From Candidatus Eiseniibacteriota bacterium (GTDB lineage Bacteria > Eisenbacteria > RBG-16-71-46 > CAZAMP01), in the NCBI GenBank assembly GCA_965224245.1, contig OZ245046.1:4544001-4608000 (forward strand): a DNA stretch of 64,000 nt. Direction: 5' to 3'. The translations under genes were made by a program, and so were the position numbers. Positions 49,399 to 57,761 of the stretch are shown here, one piece after another (position 1 is the stretch's first letter; each line of letters begins with the position of its first letter). The notes beneath the pieces were generated by a model. That model ran no database searches and was not told the origin of the DNA. It saw only the letters and a list, made by a program, of their open reading frames with translations.

Positions 49399-51155
49399 GG
49401 TAGCAGTCGGACCGATCGCTCGTACGTATGGGGTCCCACGCGCGCACGAACCACGTAGGCGCCGGGCGCCACGCCGTGTCCGTGGGCGTTTCGTCCGTTC
49501 CAGTCGATCGTGACGCGATCGCCCCGCGCGACGCCGAATAGGCGCCGGATGCGGCGGCCGTCGATCGCGAACACGTCCACCACCACCGTGCCGGATCCGT
49601 CCGGCGCGTTCTCGATCGAGAACGTGATCGGGGTTCCTGCCCGTATCGAGGTCGGATTGGGGTACAGCGAGAGCTCGGGCCCGATCGTCACGGTGGTCTG
49701 TGGATCACCTGCCGAGACGGCGGTGTCCTCGGTCAGGTATACGAACACCGAGTCGGCGAGCTCATCGAGGGTCGAGATATCGAGGTCCCCATCACCATCG
49801 AGATCATGAGCCCACGTGTATGTCCCCGACTCGGGAAGCGAGAGCGTGTCGAAGAGGCTGAGATTTCCGATGCCGTCGTTCAGGAAGATGTTCACCGATG
49901 CGCCGCTGAAGTTGGATGATGTCGCGTCGACGTCGCCGTCCCCGTCCAGGTCGGCGGCGTAGACGCCCAGCGGAAACCCGCCCGTGGTGTAGTTGCGGCG
50001 GATGAGGAACTGGCCAGCGCCGTTGTTCGGGAGAAGCACCAGGCGCCCCGGCGACGAGTACGACGTGACGGAGACCAGGTCGAAGTCCCCGTCCCCATCG
50101 AAGTCGTTCCCGTTCAGACACCACGGTCCCACGCCGATCGTGTACGTACCGCCCGAGACGAAGATGCCGAGGCCGTTGTTCAGAAGCACGCTGAGGTTGC
50201 CGGAGTCCTGGTTGGCGACGCCGATGTCGAGCTGACCGTCGAGGTTGAAGTCGCCGGTGCGAATCGCGAACGGTCCGTTGCCCACGTTCGCGTTGGGAAC
50301 ACCCGGCGCGAACGTGCCGTCGCCCTCGTTGAAGAACAGGTAGATCCGGTCGGAGCCGTACGACGTCGTGCAGAGATCGATGTCGTTGTCGCCGTCGAAG
50401 TCGCCACCGTGGATCTGCCGGCAGGTCACGCCGGCGGGATAGGTGGTCGCGGGCGAGAACGTGCCGTCGCTCTCGTTCAGCAGCACCGACATCGTGCTCG
50501 ACGCGATGTCCGCGGTCGCCAGGTCCTGATCGCCGTCGTTGTCGAAGTCCTCGCCGAAGATCGACGACGGAACCGAGCCCACCGCGTACTCGGCGTGGAC
50601 CGGAAACTCGCCGGTGCCGGCGGCGTTCAGGAGCACCGAGACGTCGTTCGAGTCCTCGTTCGGCAGCGCGAGATCGGGCATCCCGTCGCCGTCTAGGTCG
50701 CCACCGTGGATGAAGTACGGGCGGTCGGCGGTGCCGAACGCCAGCCGGGTGTCCCAGGTCGGCTCGGCGACCGGACCGCTGGCGATCGTGAACGCGACGT
50801 AGTGACCGCCGAAGAGCGGGTCGGCGACCGGTCCCTCGATGTCGTCGCGGAGGTTCACGAACACGAGCTCGCCGGGCAGAAACGCGACCGACCCGTTCGT
50901 GAACGTGAGCGTGTTGCCGGCGACGCCGACGGTCCCGTCGTGGAGGCCGGACATGTAGCCCGCGACGCGGACGGCGGTCGGATCGGGCACCGCGGGCGGG
51001 GCGTCGAACACGACCTCGATCGTCGCGAGGTCGGCGTCGACCGCGAGTGCGTATGCCGACGGTGTCGTGTCGACGACCTCGATCGCCTCCGCGGTGGGGA
51101 CGGTGGCCAGGCCCGAGACCAGCGCGTAGCACACCACGTTCGAACGGACGGTCAT
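49395..51155 (-). CDS. Secreted FG-GAP (VCBS) repeat protein with Ig-like N-terminal domain and FlgD-Ig/T9SS-type C-terminal domain
   Basis: ATG 51155 after GAGGAGAG-like RBS; signal peptide; seven D[LF].GD...D[LI]-type repeats; YPNP...DGRRIRRL...WNG...PGAY. Confidence 0.9.
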   Translation of the reverse strand: MTVRSNVVCYALVSGLATVPTAEAIEVVDTTPSAYALAVDADLATIEVVFDAPPAVPDPTAVRVAGYMSGLHDGTVGVAGNTLTFTNGSVAFLPGELVFVNLRDDIEGPVADPLFGGHYVAFTIASGPVAEPTWDTRLAFGTADRPYFIHGGDLDGDGMPDLALPNEDSNDVSVLLNAAGTGEFPVHAEYAVGSVPSSIFGEDFDNDGDQDLATADIASSTMSVLLNESDGTFSPATTYPAGVTCRQIHGGDFDGDNDIDLCTTSYGSDRIYLFFNEGDGTFAPGVPNANVGNGPFAIRTGDFNLDGQLDIGVANQDSGNLSVLLNNGLGIFVSGGTYTIGVGPWCLNGNDFDGDGDFDLVSVTSYSSPGRLVLLPNNGAGQFLIRRNYTTGGFPLGVYAADLDGDGDVDATSSNFSGASVNIFLNDGIGNLSLFDTLSLPESGTYTWAHDLDGDGDLDISTLDELADSVFVYLTEDTAVSAGDPQTTVTIGPELSLYPNPTSIRAGTPITFSIENAPDGSGTVVVDVFAIDGRRIRRLFGVARGDRVTIDWNGRNAHGHGVAPGAYVVRARVGPHTYERSVRLLP

Positions 51156-51232
51156 CGCATGCTCTCCTCTTCGTCGGCGCGGTCCCGGCCGAGGAAGTGT
51201 AGCACTGTCGCGTAGGGGTGATCCGTTGTACA

Positions 51233-51424
51233 CAACATGTTGCAAACAAGCAACTTGCAGAATGGGGCAACTGGAATCGCTGTTTTGGCTAAAATCCTTC
51301 CCTGAAATGACCCCTCCGCGCTAGACTGTTCGCACAACAGCGCCCGACCCGGTCGATCGGTCGCGTTTCGGCACGGGTCCGGACAGCTCGGTTTTGGCAT
51401 AAAACGAGGCATTGCAACATGTTG
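51233..51424. promoter_or_regulatory. Divergent promoter region bounded by 13-bp perfect inverted repeats, with two internal TTTTGGC-AAAA sites
   Basis: CAACATGTTGCAA (51233-51245) and TTGCAACATGTTG (51412-51424), each with the palindrome CAACATGTTG; GTTTTGGCTAAAA (51282) and GTTTTGGCATAAAAC (51391); AT-richer than flanks. Confidence 0.6.
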
Positions 51425-52225
51425 ACGCGCGCGCTGGTAGCATCAGGGCTCGCCGTCGGCCTCCTGGCCGGCGCCTCCGAGGCCTCCGTCTATACGTGGG
51501 ACTACTCGTCATCCGGCCCGGGCGGGATCGATCTGTCCGGAACCCTCGACTACAACCCGGCCGCCGGTGTCATCCGGTCTGTGCAAGCATCCTACGACGC
51601 CGACGCCGAGGTGCTGTCGTGGTACGCGAACATGGGTCAATCGGTGCTGACCGGAGGCCTCGTGACGGACGGCTTCGCGCTGGCGATCAACGGCGGCTTC
51701 GCCCCCACCGGCAACCCGGGCGAGATGGCCCTCCTGTTCTTCGACGGATCCGGCGGCGGCGCCACCGTCACCGCGTACGGCTACAACGGCGAGAGCGTGC
51801 TCTCCAGCCACTACGACGGCTCGCCGGAGTCGGGCATTCAAGAGCCGGATCGCATCGCATCCTCACTCCTCGACGGCAGCTGGGTCCTGGACTCGGTGAA
51901 CCGGCTCGAGGGCGACGGCACGCGGACGCTGGGCTTCACGCTCGACGTGTCCGGGATCAACGCGCACGCGCCGGCCTATCCGGGCGACGATCCGTACACG
52001 GGCGCGCGATTCGGCGCGGAGATCGGATTCTGGTTCCACACGCTCGCCGGCACGTCGACGTCGTACACCGATGGCTACCTCGACCCGAGCTCGTCGGCCG
52101 CGCGGCACGGCTGGTTCGACTCGACGAGCCAGGCCACGGGTGGAGACCCGGTGCCCGAGCCGGCCACGATCGCGCTCCTGGGCCTCGGTCTCGCGGGGAC
52201 GGCCATCAGCCGCCGGCGCCGCTAG
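51419..52225 (+). CDS. PEP-CTERM sorting-domain surface protein
   Basis: Signal peptide; C-terminal VPEPATIALLGLGLAGTAISRRRR. Confidence 0.93.
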   Translation: MLTRALVASGLAVGLLAGASEASVYTWDYSSSGPGGIDLSGTLDYNPAAGVIRSVQASYDADAEVLSWYANMGQSVLTGGLVTDGFALAINGGFAPTGNPGEMALLFFDGSGGGATVTAYGYNGESVLSSHYDGSPESGIQEPDRIASSLLDGSWVLDSVNRLEGDGTRTLGFTLDVSGINAHAPAYPGDDPYTGARFGAEIGFWFHTLAGTSTSYTDGYLDPSSSAARHGWFDSTSQATGGDPVPEPATIALLGLGLAGTAISRRRR

Positions 52226-52245
52226 AGCCCGCCTCCAGCGCCTCT

Positions 52246-52289
52246 CGAGACCGTCCCCCCCCGCACCGGGGCCGGCGGTCTCGTCGTTT
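52246..52289 (+). terminator. Possible rho-independent terminator after the PEP-CTERM gene
   Basis: CGAGACCG (52246-52253) / CGGTCTCG (52276-52283) stem followed by TCGTTT. Confidence 0.4.
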
Positions 52290-52457
52290 CGGGGGCCGAC
52301 TCATTCCGAGATGCATGGACGGTCCCTCGCCGGGGTCCCGGCCGCTCGTGTACCATCCGTGCGACACGCCGGTACCGGCCTCCCTCGCCCCACCGACGTG
52401 ACACGAAGGTCCCACGCCCGCGCCACACGCGCGCGACACGCGACCGAGGAGGATCCG

Positions 52458-53684
52458 ATGACGCTGACCCACGACCCGCACCTCGAGGCGTTCAAATCGG
52501 AGCTCGGGTCCTACCTGAAGCGCCTGCGACTCACGTGGGGCGGCACGCAGGACGCCGCGGCGGCGGGCGCCGGGGTCAGCCAGGGCGAGATCTCGCGCAT
52601 CGAGCGCGGTGACGTGGCCCCGAACCTCACCACGATCGGACGCCTCCTGAACGCGTACGCCGACGGCAATCCCGCGGTCTACTCGGTCTACTTCCAGCAG
52701 ACGATGGCGCTCCTGCACGAGTCGGTCGAGCAGGCCCGGGACTGGACGTGCCCGCGAGACGTCACCACCGAGGCCGAGGCCCGTGAACGAGCCACCGAGG
52801 AGCTCCACGGAGGCAACATCGTCGAGGCACTTCCCTACATCGTGATGGTCAAGATGCACGCCGACGGGCGCCCGCTGCACTCGGCGAACGCCGATCTCCT
52901 GTTCGGCGTCCACATGAGCGATCTCGGCATCTACGAGATGGCCACCCGCTACCTCGACAGCGGCCTGAAGACGCTGACCGACGCCTCGCTCACCGGCGAC
53001 GAGGCCGCGCCCGGTCGCATGCTCCGGCACATGCTGCTCGCGAACAAGGCCGACCTCCAGCGCAAGCGCGGCCTGCTCGACGAGTCCGAGGCGCTGTCGC
53101 GGTTCGTGCTCGGCGACGACTGCGACGAGACGATCCGGCTCTTCGTGCTGAGCGTGCTGGGCCGGATCGAGACCCAGCGCGGCCGGCCCGAGGTCGCGGT
53201 CGACCTCCTGCGCGAGGCGGTCGACGGCCATGCCCGGTGGGGCGACGAGGCCCGCTCGATGGCCGACTGGATCCGCATCTTCCTGGCCGAGGCCCTGAGC
53301 TTGACTCCGGACGGAGGCGACGAGGCACGCGAGCTCCTCGACGAGGTCATCGCCCACTCGGGCCCCGAGCGTGACGGCCGCGACCCGGAGAACTACGCCT
53401 GGGCCAATTTGATTCTCGCCGCGCACTTCGACGACGCCGGCGCGCTGGCCGCCAGCAAGCGCGCGGCCAACCACGAGCGTCTCGGCGAGGTGATCGAGAT
53501 CATCGGCGAGATCGAGGAGTCGGGGGGCCAGGAGCTGCCGCTGCGGGTGGCGCTCTTCCGCTGGCGCGCGATGCGTGCGGTGTTCTGGTCGCTGGTGTGG
53601 ATCCTGATCGGCCTCGCCACGTGGGCCGGTGACGCCGCCGCCAAAGGTCTCGTCAAGATCTACGGCGATGGACTGCGGTACTAG
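52458..53684 (+). CDS. XRE-family HTH plus TPR-like regulator with hydrophobic C-terminal tail
   Basis: ATG after GAGGAGG; LKRLR...TQ..AA..AGVSQGEISRIERG...P; helical repeats; tail RAVFWSLVWILIGLATWA. Confidence 0.85.
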   Translation: MTLTHDPHLEAFKSELGSYLKRLRLTWGGTQDAAAAGAGVSQGEISRIERGDVAPNLTTIGRLLNAYADGNPAVYSVYFQQTMALLHESVEQARDWTCPRDVTTEAEARERATEELHGGNIVEALPYIVMVKMHADGRPLHSANADLLFGVHMSDLGIYEMATRYLDSGLKTLTDASLTGDEAAPGRMLRHMLLANKADLQRKRGLLDESEALSRFVLGDDCDETIRLFVLSVLGRIETQRGRPEVAVDLLREAVDGHARWGDEARSMADWIRIFLAEALSLTPDGGDEARELLDEVIAHSGPERDGRDPENYAWANLILAAHFDDAGALAASKRAANHERLGEVIEIIGEIEESGGQELPLRVALFRWRAMRAVFWSLVWILIGLATWAGDAAAKGLVKIYGDGLRY

Positions 53685-54903
53685 CCGCCGCGCGCTGGCG
53701 ATCGGTGTCGCCGGTCTCGCGCTCCTCGCGCCGGCATCCCCGGCCGATCCGCTGGTGTCGCTCGTGGAGACGGTGCCCGTGGAGACCCCGCTCGGGTTCG
53801 ACGACGTGCCCGACGCCTACGAGGTGTGGCCGGAGATGATCGGCGGCGCCGAGCGACGCATCGACTGGGCGGCGTTCTACGTCTCGGGCGAGACCGGCTC
53901 GCGGCTGGACGTCGTGCTGGACGCGCTGGCCGACGCCGCCGGTCGAGGCGTCGTGGTGCGCGTGATGTCCGAGCGTGGCTTCTTCGACACCTACCCCGAC
54001 GTGCTCGAGTCCCTCGACGCCGTCCCCGGAATCGACGTGCGGCTCATCGACTTCCGCGCGGTCGCGGGCGGTGTGATGCACGCGAAGTACTTCATCGTGG
54101 ACGCGGACGAGGCGTACGTGGGGAGCCAGAACTTCGACTGGCGCGCCATCCAGCACATCGTCGAGATGGGCGTGCGCGTGCGGGTGCCCGAGTACGCCGG
54201 GGCGCTGGGTGCGGTGTACGAGATGGACTGGGCGCGAGCCGAGCCCATCGGTGACGACGAGGAGCGCGCATCGAGCCCGATCGCGGCCCGCCCGGTCGAG
54301 TGGCCGCTGCACTGGGAGACCGACGCCGGCGATCCGGTCACGTTCCGTCCGGCGTTCAGCCCGGAGGGTCACCTCCCGGACGAGGCCACCTGGGATCTCC
54401 CCGAGCTCGTCCGCATCATCGACGGCGCTCGCGGGCGCGTGCACGCGACGATGCTCACGTACAACCCCGCGTCGCGCGACGGCACCTACTTTCCCGACCT
54501 CGACGACGCACTCCGCCGCGCGGCCGTCCGCGGCGTCACCGTGCGCCTCCTGGTGGCCGACTGGGGCAAGCGCGCGTGGACCATCCCGTACCTGAAGAGC
54601 CTGCAGCACGTGCCCAACCTCGAGGTTCGCATGGTCACGATACCCGAAGCCTCGACGGGCTTCGTGCCCTACGCGCGCGTGATTCACTCGAAGTACCTGA
54701 CCGCCGACGGCGAGCGGCTGTGGCTCGGCACGAGCAACTGGGAACGCGGCTACTTTCATGAGAGCCGAAACGTCGGCATCGTGGCCACACATCGCGCGCT
54801 CGCCGATCGCCTCGACCGGAGCTTCCTCCAGCTCTGGGACAGCGCGTACGCCTACCCCGTCGATCCCGCCGTCGAGTACGAGCCTCCAAAAATCCGCGAG
54901 TAG
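53668..54903 (+). CDS. Secreted phospholipase D superfamily protein (two HKD motifs)
   Basis: Signal peptide; SLVETVP; HAKYFIVD...YVGSQNFDWR and HSKYLTAD...GTSNW. Confidence 0.92.
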   Translation: MDCGTSRRALAIGVAGLALLAPASPADPLVSLVETVPVETPLGFDDVPDAYEVWPEMIGGAERRIDWAAFYVSGETGSRLDVVLDALADAAGRGVVVRVMSERGFFDTYPDVLESLDAVPGIDVRLIDFRAVAGGVMHAKYFIVDADEAYVGSQNFDWRAIQHIVEMGVRVRVPEYAGALGAVYEMDWARAEPIGDDEERASSPIAARPVEWPLHWETDAGDPVTFRPAFSPEGHLPDEATWDLPELVRIIDGARGRVHATMLTYNPASRDGTYFPDLDDALRRAAVRGVTVRLLVADWGKRAWTIPYLKSLQHVPNLEVRMVTIPEASTGFVPYARVIHSKYLTADGERLWLGTSNWERGYFHESRNVGIVATHRALADRLDRSFLQLWDSAYAYPVDPAVEYEPPKIRE

Positions 54904-54976
54904 CCGCGTTTCGTAAAATGAGACGAGGTGCTAGACTCTCTTCCTCGCCCGGAAAGACGTCGAAAAGGCACCGAGC

Positions 54977-56728
54977 ATGCTGGATCTCATGTCGCTCCGC
55001 GACGCGTCCTCGTTCGACCCCGACCCGTCCGCCGACACGCGTCTCGCGCTCGTTCACCAGGGCTTTCGAAGCGCGTTGATCCATCACGGCCAGGATCGCG
55101 TCCTCGGCTTCTACCCCCGGCTTCCGTCGCTCGGCCTGCTGAACCTCGCACACGCCTTGCGCGCCGACGCGCGCGACGGGCGCGTACCCGCTCGGCTCGA
55201 GTTTCGCTACTTCGAGGAGGAGGACTTCGACGGCGACGACGACCTCGCGCGCGCCGTGGAGGAGTGGCTGGCGGCCACTCCGAGACGCGCCCTCCTGGTG
55301 AGCACCTACACGAAGTCCGCCGAACGCGTGGAGAGGTTCCTCCGGCTGATCGACTTCCGCCGCGTGCTGGTCGTCGTCGGCGGGGCACATGCCACGCTCG
55401 CACCGGAGATGGACGGCGCGCACATTTCGGTCCGAGGCGAGGGACTGACCCCGATGCGCCACATCCTGACCCAGGTGCTCGGCCCCGGATTCGGTGCTGG
55501 AGACGACGCGCGGGGCATCTGCTATCGCGTGGGCGACCAGACGACTCTGTCGCCACCCGCGTTCGACACGTCGATCGCGACCGCCGAGCCTCCTGCGTTC
55601 GCCTACGACCTTCTCGGACGCGACGCGGGTCACGACCCCGCGCGGTTCCACACGCACTGGACCCGCGCAATCGGCGAGCGGCCCCAGATCTACATCTGCA
55701 CCCAGAGCTGTCGCGCCCGGTGCACGTTCTGCGCGACGTACGTGATTCACGGCCACACGGTGGCTCGTCCGGTCGAGCGGATCGCCGAGGATCTCGACAC
55801 CCTGGTCGGCGAGCTCGGTCACGATTGCATCGAATTCCACGACGACGATCTCCTGCAGCACGACGAGTTCGACGCGCTGATGGCGCTGCTCGAGGAGATC
55901 GGCATTCCGTGGTTCTGCTACGGGCGCGTGGACCTGATCACACGCGACGTCGCCCTACGCATGCGCCGCGCCGGATGCCGCCGCATCTTCCTCGGCTGCG
56001 AGGCCATGCGTCAGGACACGCTGGACTACTACCGAAAGGGCACCACGGTCGAGATGAACCGCGCCGCGGTCTCCCACCTCGACACCGCCGGCATCGGCGT
56101 CATCTCGGGGTTCATCATCGGCGCACCGCACGACACGACCGAGTCCATCCTCGACGAGATCGATCGCTTTCTCGATCTTCCCCTGTTCGCCGTTCACGTG
56201 AGCGTGCTGAACCCCGACATCTCGACCGTCGAGTTTCATCGCGCGCGGCGCCGTCAGCCCGAGGACTTCGCGCGTCTGGGCGACCGGCCGGGAAGGGTCC
56301 GGCGGGTCACGCCCAACGTGGAGGCGTTCGGCACCGGAAACCCGTTCGGGTTCCCCAGCGTGTGCGCGTCCGTCACCAAGGCCGAGCTCAACGCACTCCA
56401 GGATCTGGCCACGGTGCAGTTCTATCTGCGCGAGCACGTGTGGCGCCGGCTGTGGCGCGAGCTGCCGCCGGTGGCGCGACCCACGCTCGTGGATCACTAC
56501 CGGTGGGTGCTCGAGTCGGCGGATCAGCTCCTCGAGGCGCCGCCGTCGGCGGCCGTCTCGAGCCGCGTGGCCGCCTGCCTTGCGCACGCTCGCGGCGGGG
56601 ACTGGCTGCCGGACCGGGTCACGAGGCCTGCCGGGGTGACGACCGGCTCCGTGGCGATGCCGATGGGCGCCCGGTCACACCGGTCCGCCGCGTTCCGGGG
56701 CTCCGAACGACGGGGGCTCCGCGCATGA
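54977..56728 (+). CDS. Cobalamin-binding-domain radical SAM enzyme
   Basis: B12-domain motifs PSLGLLNLA, VVVGGAHAT..P, VRGEG; CxxxCxxC = CRARCTFC; FHDDD; M.RAGC..IFLG.E; FIIGAP. Confidence 0.9.
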   Translation: MLDLMSLRDASSFDPDPSADTRLALVHQGFRSALIHHGQDRVLGFYPRLPSLGLLNLAHALRADARDGRVPARLEFRYFEEEDFDGDDDLARAVEEWLAATPRRALLVSTYTKSAERVERFLRLIDFRRVLVVVGGAHATLAPEMDGAHISVRGEGLTPMRHILTQVLGPGFGAGDDARGICYRVGDQTTLSPPAFDTSIATAEPPAFAYDLLGRDAGHDPARFHTHWTRAIGERPQIYICTQSCRARCTFCATYVIHGHTVARPVERIAEDLDTLVGELGHDCIEFHDDDLLQHDEFDALMALLEEIGIPWFCYGRVDLITRDVALRMRRAGCRRIFLGCEAMRQDTLDYYRKGTTVEMNRAAVSHLDTAGIGVISGFIIGAPHDTTESILDEIDRFLDLPLFAVHVSVLNPDISTVEFHRARRRQPEDFARLGDRPGRVRRVTPNVEAFGTGNPFGFPSVCASVTKAELNALQDLATVQFYLREHVWRRLWRELPPVARPTLVDHYRWVLESADQLLEAPPSAAVSSRVAACLAHARGGDWLPDRVTRPAGVTTGSVAMPMGARSHRSAAFRGSERRGLRA

Positions 56729-57216
56729 TCCTGACCGGTCCGGAGATCGTCCGCGAACGCGCGGCGGGTCGCATCCGAATATCCCCGTTCGACCCGGCGC
56801 ACGTGAATCCCAACAGCTACAACTACCGCCTCGCCCCGGCGCTGAGGCGGGTGCGATCGGCGGACGACGCCGGCGAGCCGATCGACATCCCCGGGACTGG
56901 GCTCGTGCTGGAGGCGCGCACGCTGTACCTCGGATCCACCGTGGAGACGCTGGGCAGCGAGCGCTACGTGACGTCGCTGATCGGACGCAGCTCGCTGGGA
57001 CGCCTCGGGTTGTTCCTGCAGATCTCGGCGAACATCGGACACCTCGGTGCGGCCCACAAGTGGACGCTCGAGCTCCGCGCGTGCCGGCCGATCCTGGTGT
57101 ACCCGAACATGATCATCGGCCAGGTGACCTTCTGGGAGATCGCCGGCGACCCGATGTCGTACGAGGGCTACTACGGTCGCTTCGATCATCCGACGCCGTG
57201 GAGGGGCCGCACGTGA
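56725..57216 (+). CDS. dcd: dCTP deaminase family protein A (catalytic Glu kept; conserved Asp replaced by His)
   Basis: MILTG.EI, PFDP..VNPNSY..RL, GRSSLGRLGL, TLEL, YP.M.IGQ; ATGA overlap with rSAM gene. Confidence 0.85.
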   Translation: MILTGPEIVRERAAGRIRISPFDPAHVNPNSYNYRLAPALRRVRSADDAGEPIDIPGTGLVLEARTLYLGSTVETLGSERYVTSLIGRSSLGRLGLFLQISANIGHLGAAHKWTLELRACRPILVYPNMIIGQVTFWEIAGDPMSYEGYYGRFDHPTPWRGRT

Positions 57217-57761
57217 TTCTGACCGGTCACGAGATCGAGCGCTGCGTCGCACGGGGTGACATCGTGCTGGACCCGTTCGACCCGGCGCAGATCAATCCCA
57301 ACAGCTACGACCTGCGGCTCGGCCCGACGCTGCTCACCTATCGCGACGAGGTTCTGGATCCTCGCCGGGAGAACGCAACCGACCAGCACGACATTCCTCC
57401 GCAGGGGACCGTGCTGCGAGCCGGCGGCTTTTATCTCGGGGCGTCGGTCGAGCGCATCGGCAGCCGACGCATGGCACCGATCATCCACGCGAAGTCCGGC
57501 ATTGCACGGCTGGGGCTGTTCGTTCACGTGACCGCCGACCTCGTGGACATCGGGTCGATCGGCAACGTCACGTTCCAGCTCCACCCGACGATCGACGTCA
57601 CCGTGTATCCCGGAATGCTGCTGGGGCAGGTCTCGTTCTGGGCCGCGAAAGGCGAGGTGAGGTTGTACGAGGGCAAGTATCAGGGATCGGTGGGACCGCA
57701 GGCGTCGAAGAGCCACCTCCCGGCCGCGAGGTCCACGTCAGGAAGATGCCATGAGCGGTGA
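57213..57761 (+). CDS. dcd: dCTP deaminase family protein B (conserved Asp kept; catalytic Glu replaced by Gln)
   Basis: ILTG.EI, PFDP..INPNSYDLRL, KSGIARLGLFVHVTA.LVD.G, TFQL, YPGM.LGQ, Y.GKYQG; GTGA overlap. Confidence 0.85.
   Translation: MILTGHEIERCVARGDIVLDPFDPAQINPNSYDLRLGPTLLTYRDEVLDPRRENATDQHDIPPQGTVLRAGGFYLGASVERIGSRRMAPIIHAKSGIARLGLFVHVTADLVDIGSIGNVTFQLHPTIDVTVYPGMLLGQVSFWAAKGEVRLYEGKYQGSVGPQASKSHLPAARSTSGRCHER

Noticed and set aside
51260-51418. Sigma-54 promoter upstream of the PEP-CTERM gene (TTGGCAT...GC)
   Set aside because: GG-to-GC spacing is 11 rather than the required 10 bp at both candidate sites.
54928-57216. 762-aa ORF apparently fusing a long N-terminus to dCTP deaminase A
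   Set aside because: The N-terminal part is an off-frame shadow of the radical SAM gene; the real start is ATG 56725 (MILTG), overlapping the rSAM stop.
56725-57761. Known anti-phage dCTP deaminase (AvcD/CDA-type) defence system
   Set aside because: Those are Zn-dependent HxE/PCxxC deaminases fused to a kinase; these proteins are trimeric dUTPase-fold Dcd homologs without such motifs.
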